NCBI RefSeq assembly: GCF_004010195.1
Contig: NC_057719.1
Location: forward strand, 22,407,174 to 22,455,016
DNA length: 47,843 nucleotides
DNA from: Chiloscyllium plagiosum
Taxonomy: Eukaryota
Direction: 5' to 3'
Below are positions 47,630 through 47,843 of this stretch, piece by piece. Position 1 is the stretch's first letter. Each line of letters begins with the position of its first letter. Under the pieces are notes generated by a model. The model was not told the origin of the DNA. It searched no databases and saw only the letters and a program-made list of their open reading frames with translations. A program made the translations under genes and the position numbers.

Positions 47630-47843
47630 GGTAAAAACAATGACTGCAGATGCTGGAAACCAGATTCTGGATTAGTGGTGCTGGAAGAGCATAGCAGTTC
47701 AGGCAGCATCCAAGGAGCAGCGAAATCGACGTTTCGGGCAAAAGACCTTCATCAGGAATAAAGGCAGAGAGCCTGAAGCGTGGAGAGATAAGCTAAAGAA
47801 GGGTGGGGGTGAGGAGAAAGTAGCATAGAGTACAATAGGTGAG
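47630..47843 (-). mobile_element. PLE 3' end running off the window edge
   Basis: Same tail type (CTGCAGATGCTGG...GGCAGCATCCAAGGAGCAG); minus strand HHR CTGATGA-AGGTC-TTTT-GCCC-GAAAC-GTC at 47728-47755. Confidence 0.88.

Overview
Vertebrate (elasmobranch/shark-like) genomic DNA, judged from HE1/V-SINE-type and SacSINE1/Deu-type SINEs and HER1/CR1 LINE fragments. The only credible host gene is a single-coding-exon FLRT2 orthologue (ATG 36471 to stop 38447, + strand, 658 aa). It is preceded by a CpG-rich promoter/5'UTR region (~33.05-35.7 kb). The rest is non-coding DNA with decayed CR1, Rex1/Babar and RTE LINEs, tRNA-derived SINEs, a ~0.5 kb tandem duplication and about 13 Penelope-like element (PLE) 3'-end pieces, one of which still carries a GIY-YIG endonuclease remnant. 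The most striking structure is in these PLE pieces. At least three sequence families carry minimal hammerhead-ribozyme (HHR) motifs with covarying stems. Several copies are 100-200 bp fold-back insertions flanked by 9-15 bp direct repeats. Most copies end within ~10 nt of the 5' edge of the ribozyme core rather than at the predicted cleavage site. Repeat boundaries were read by eye and are approximate. Family names come from recalled consensus motifs, not from a database search.
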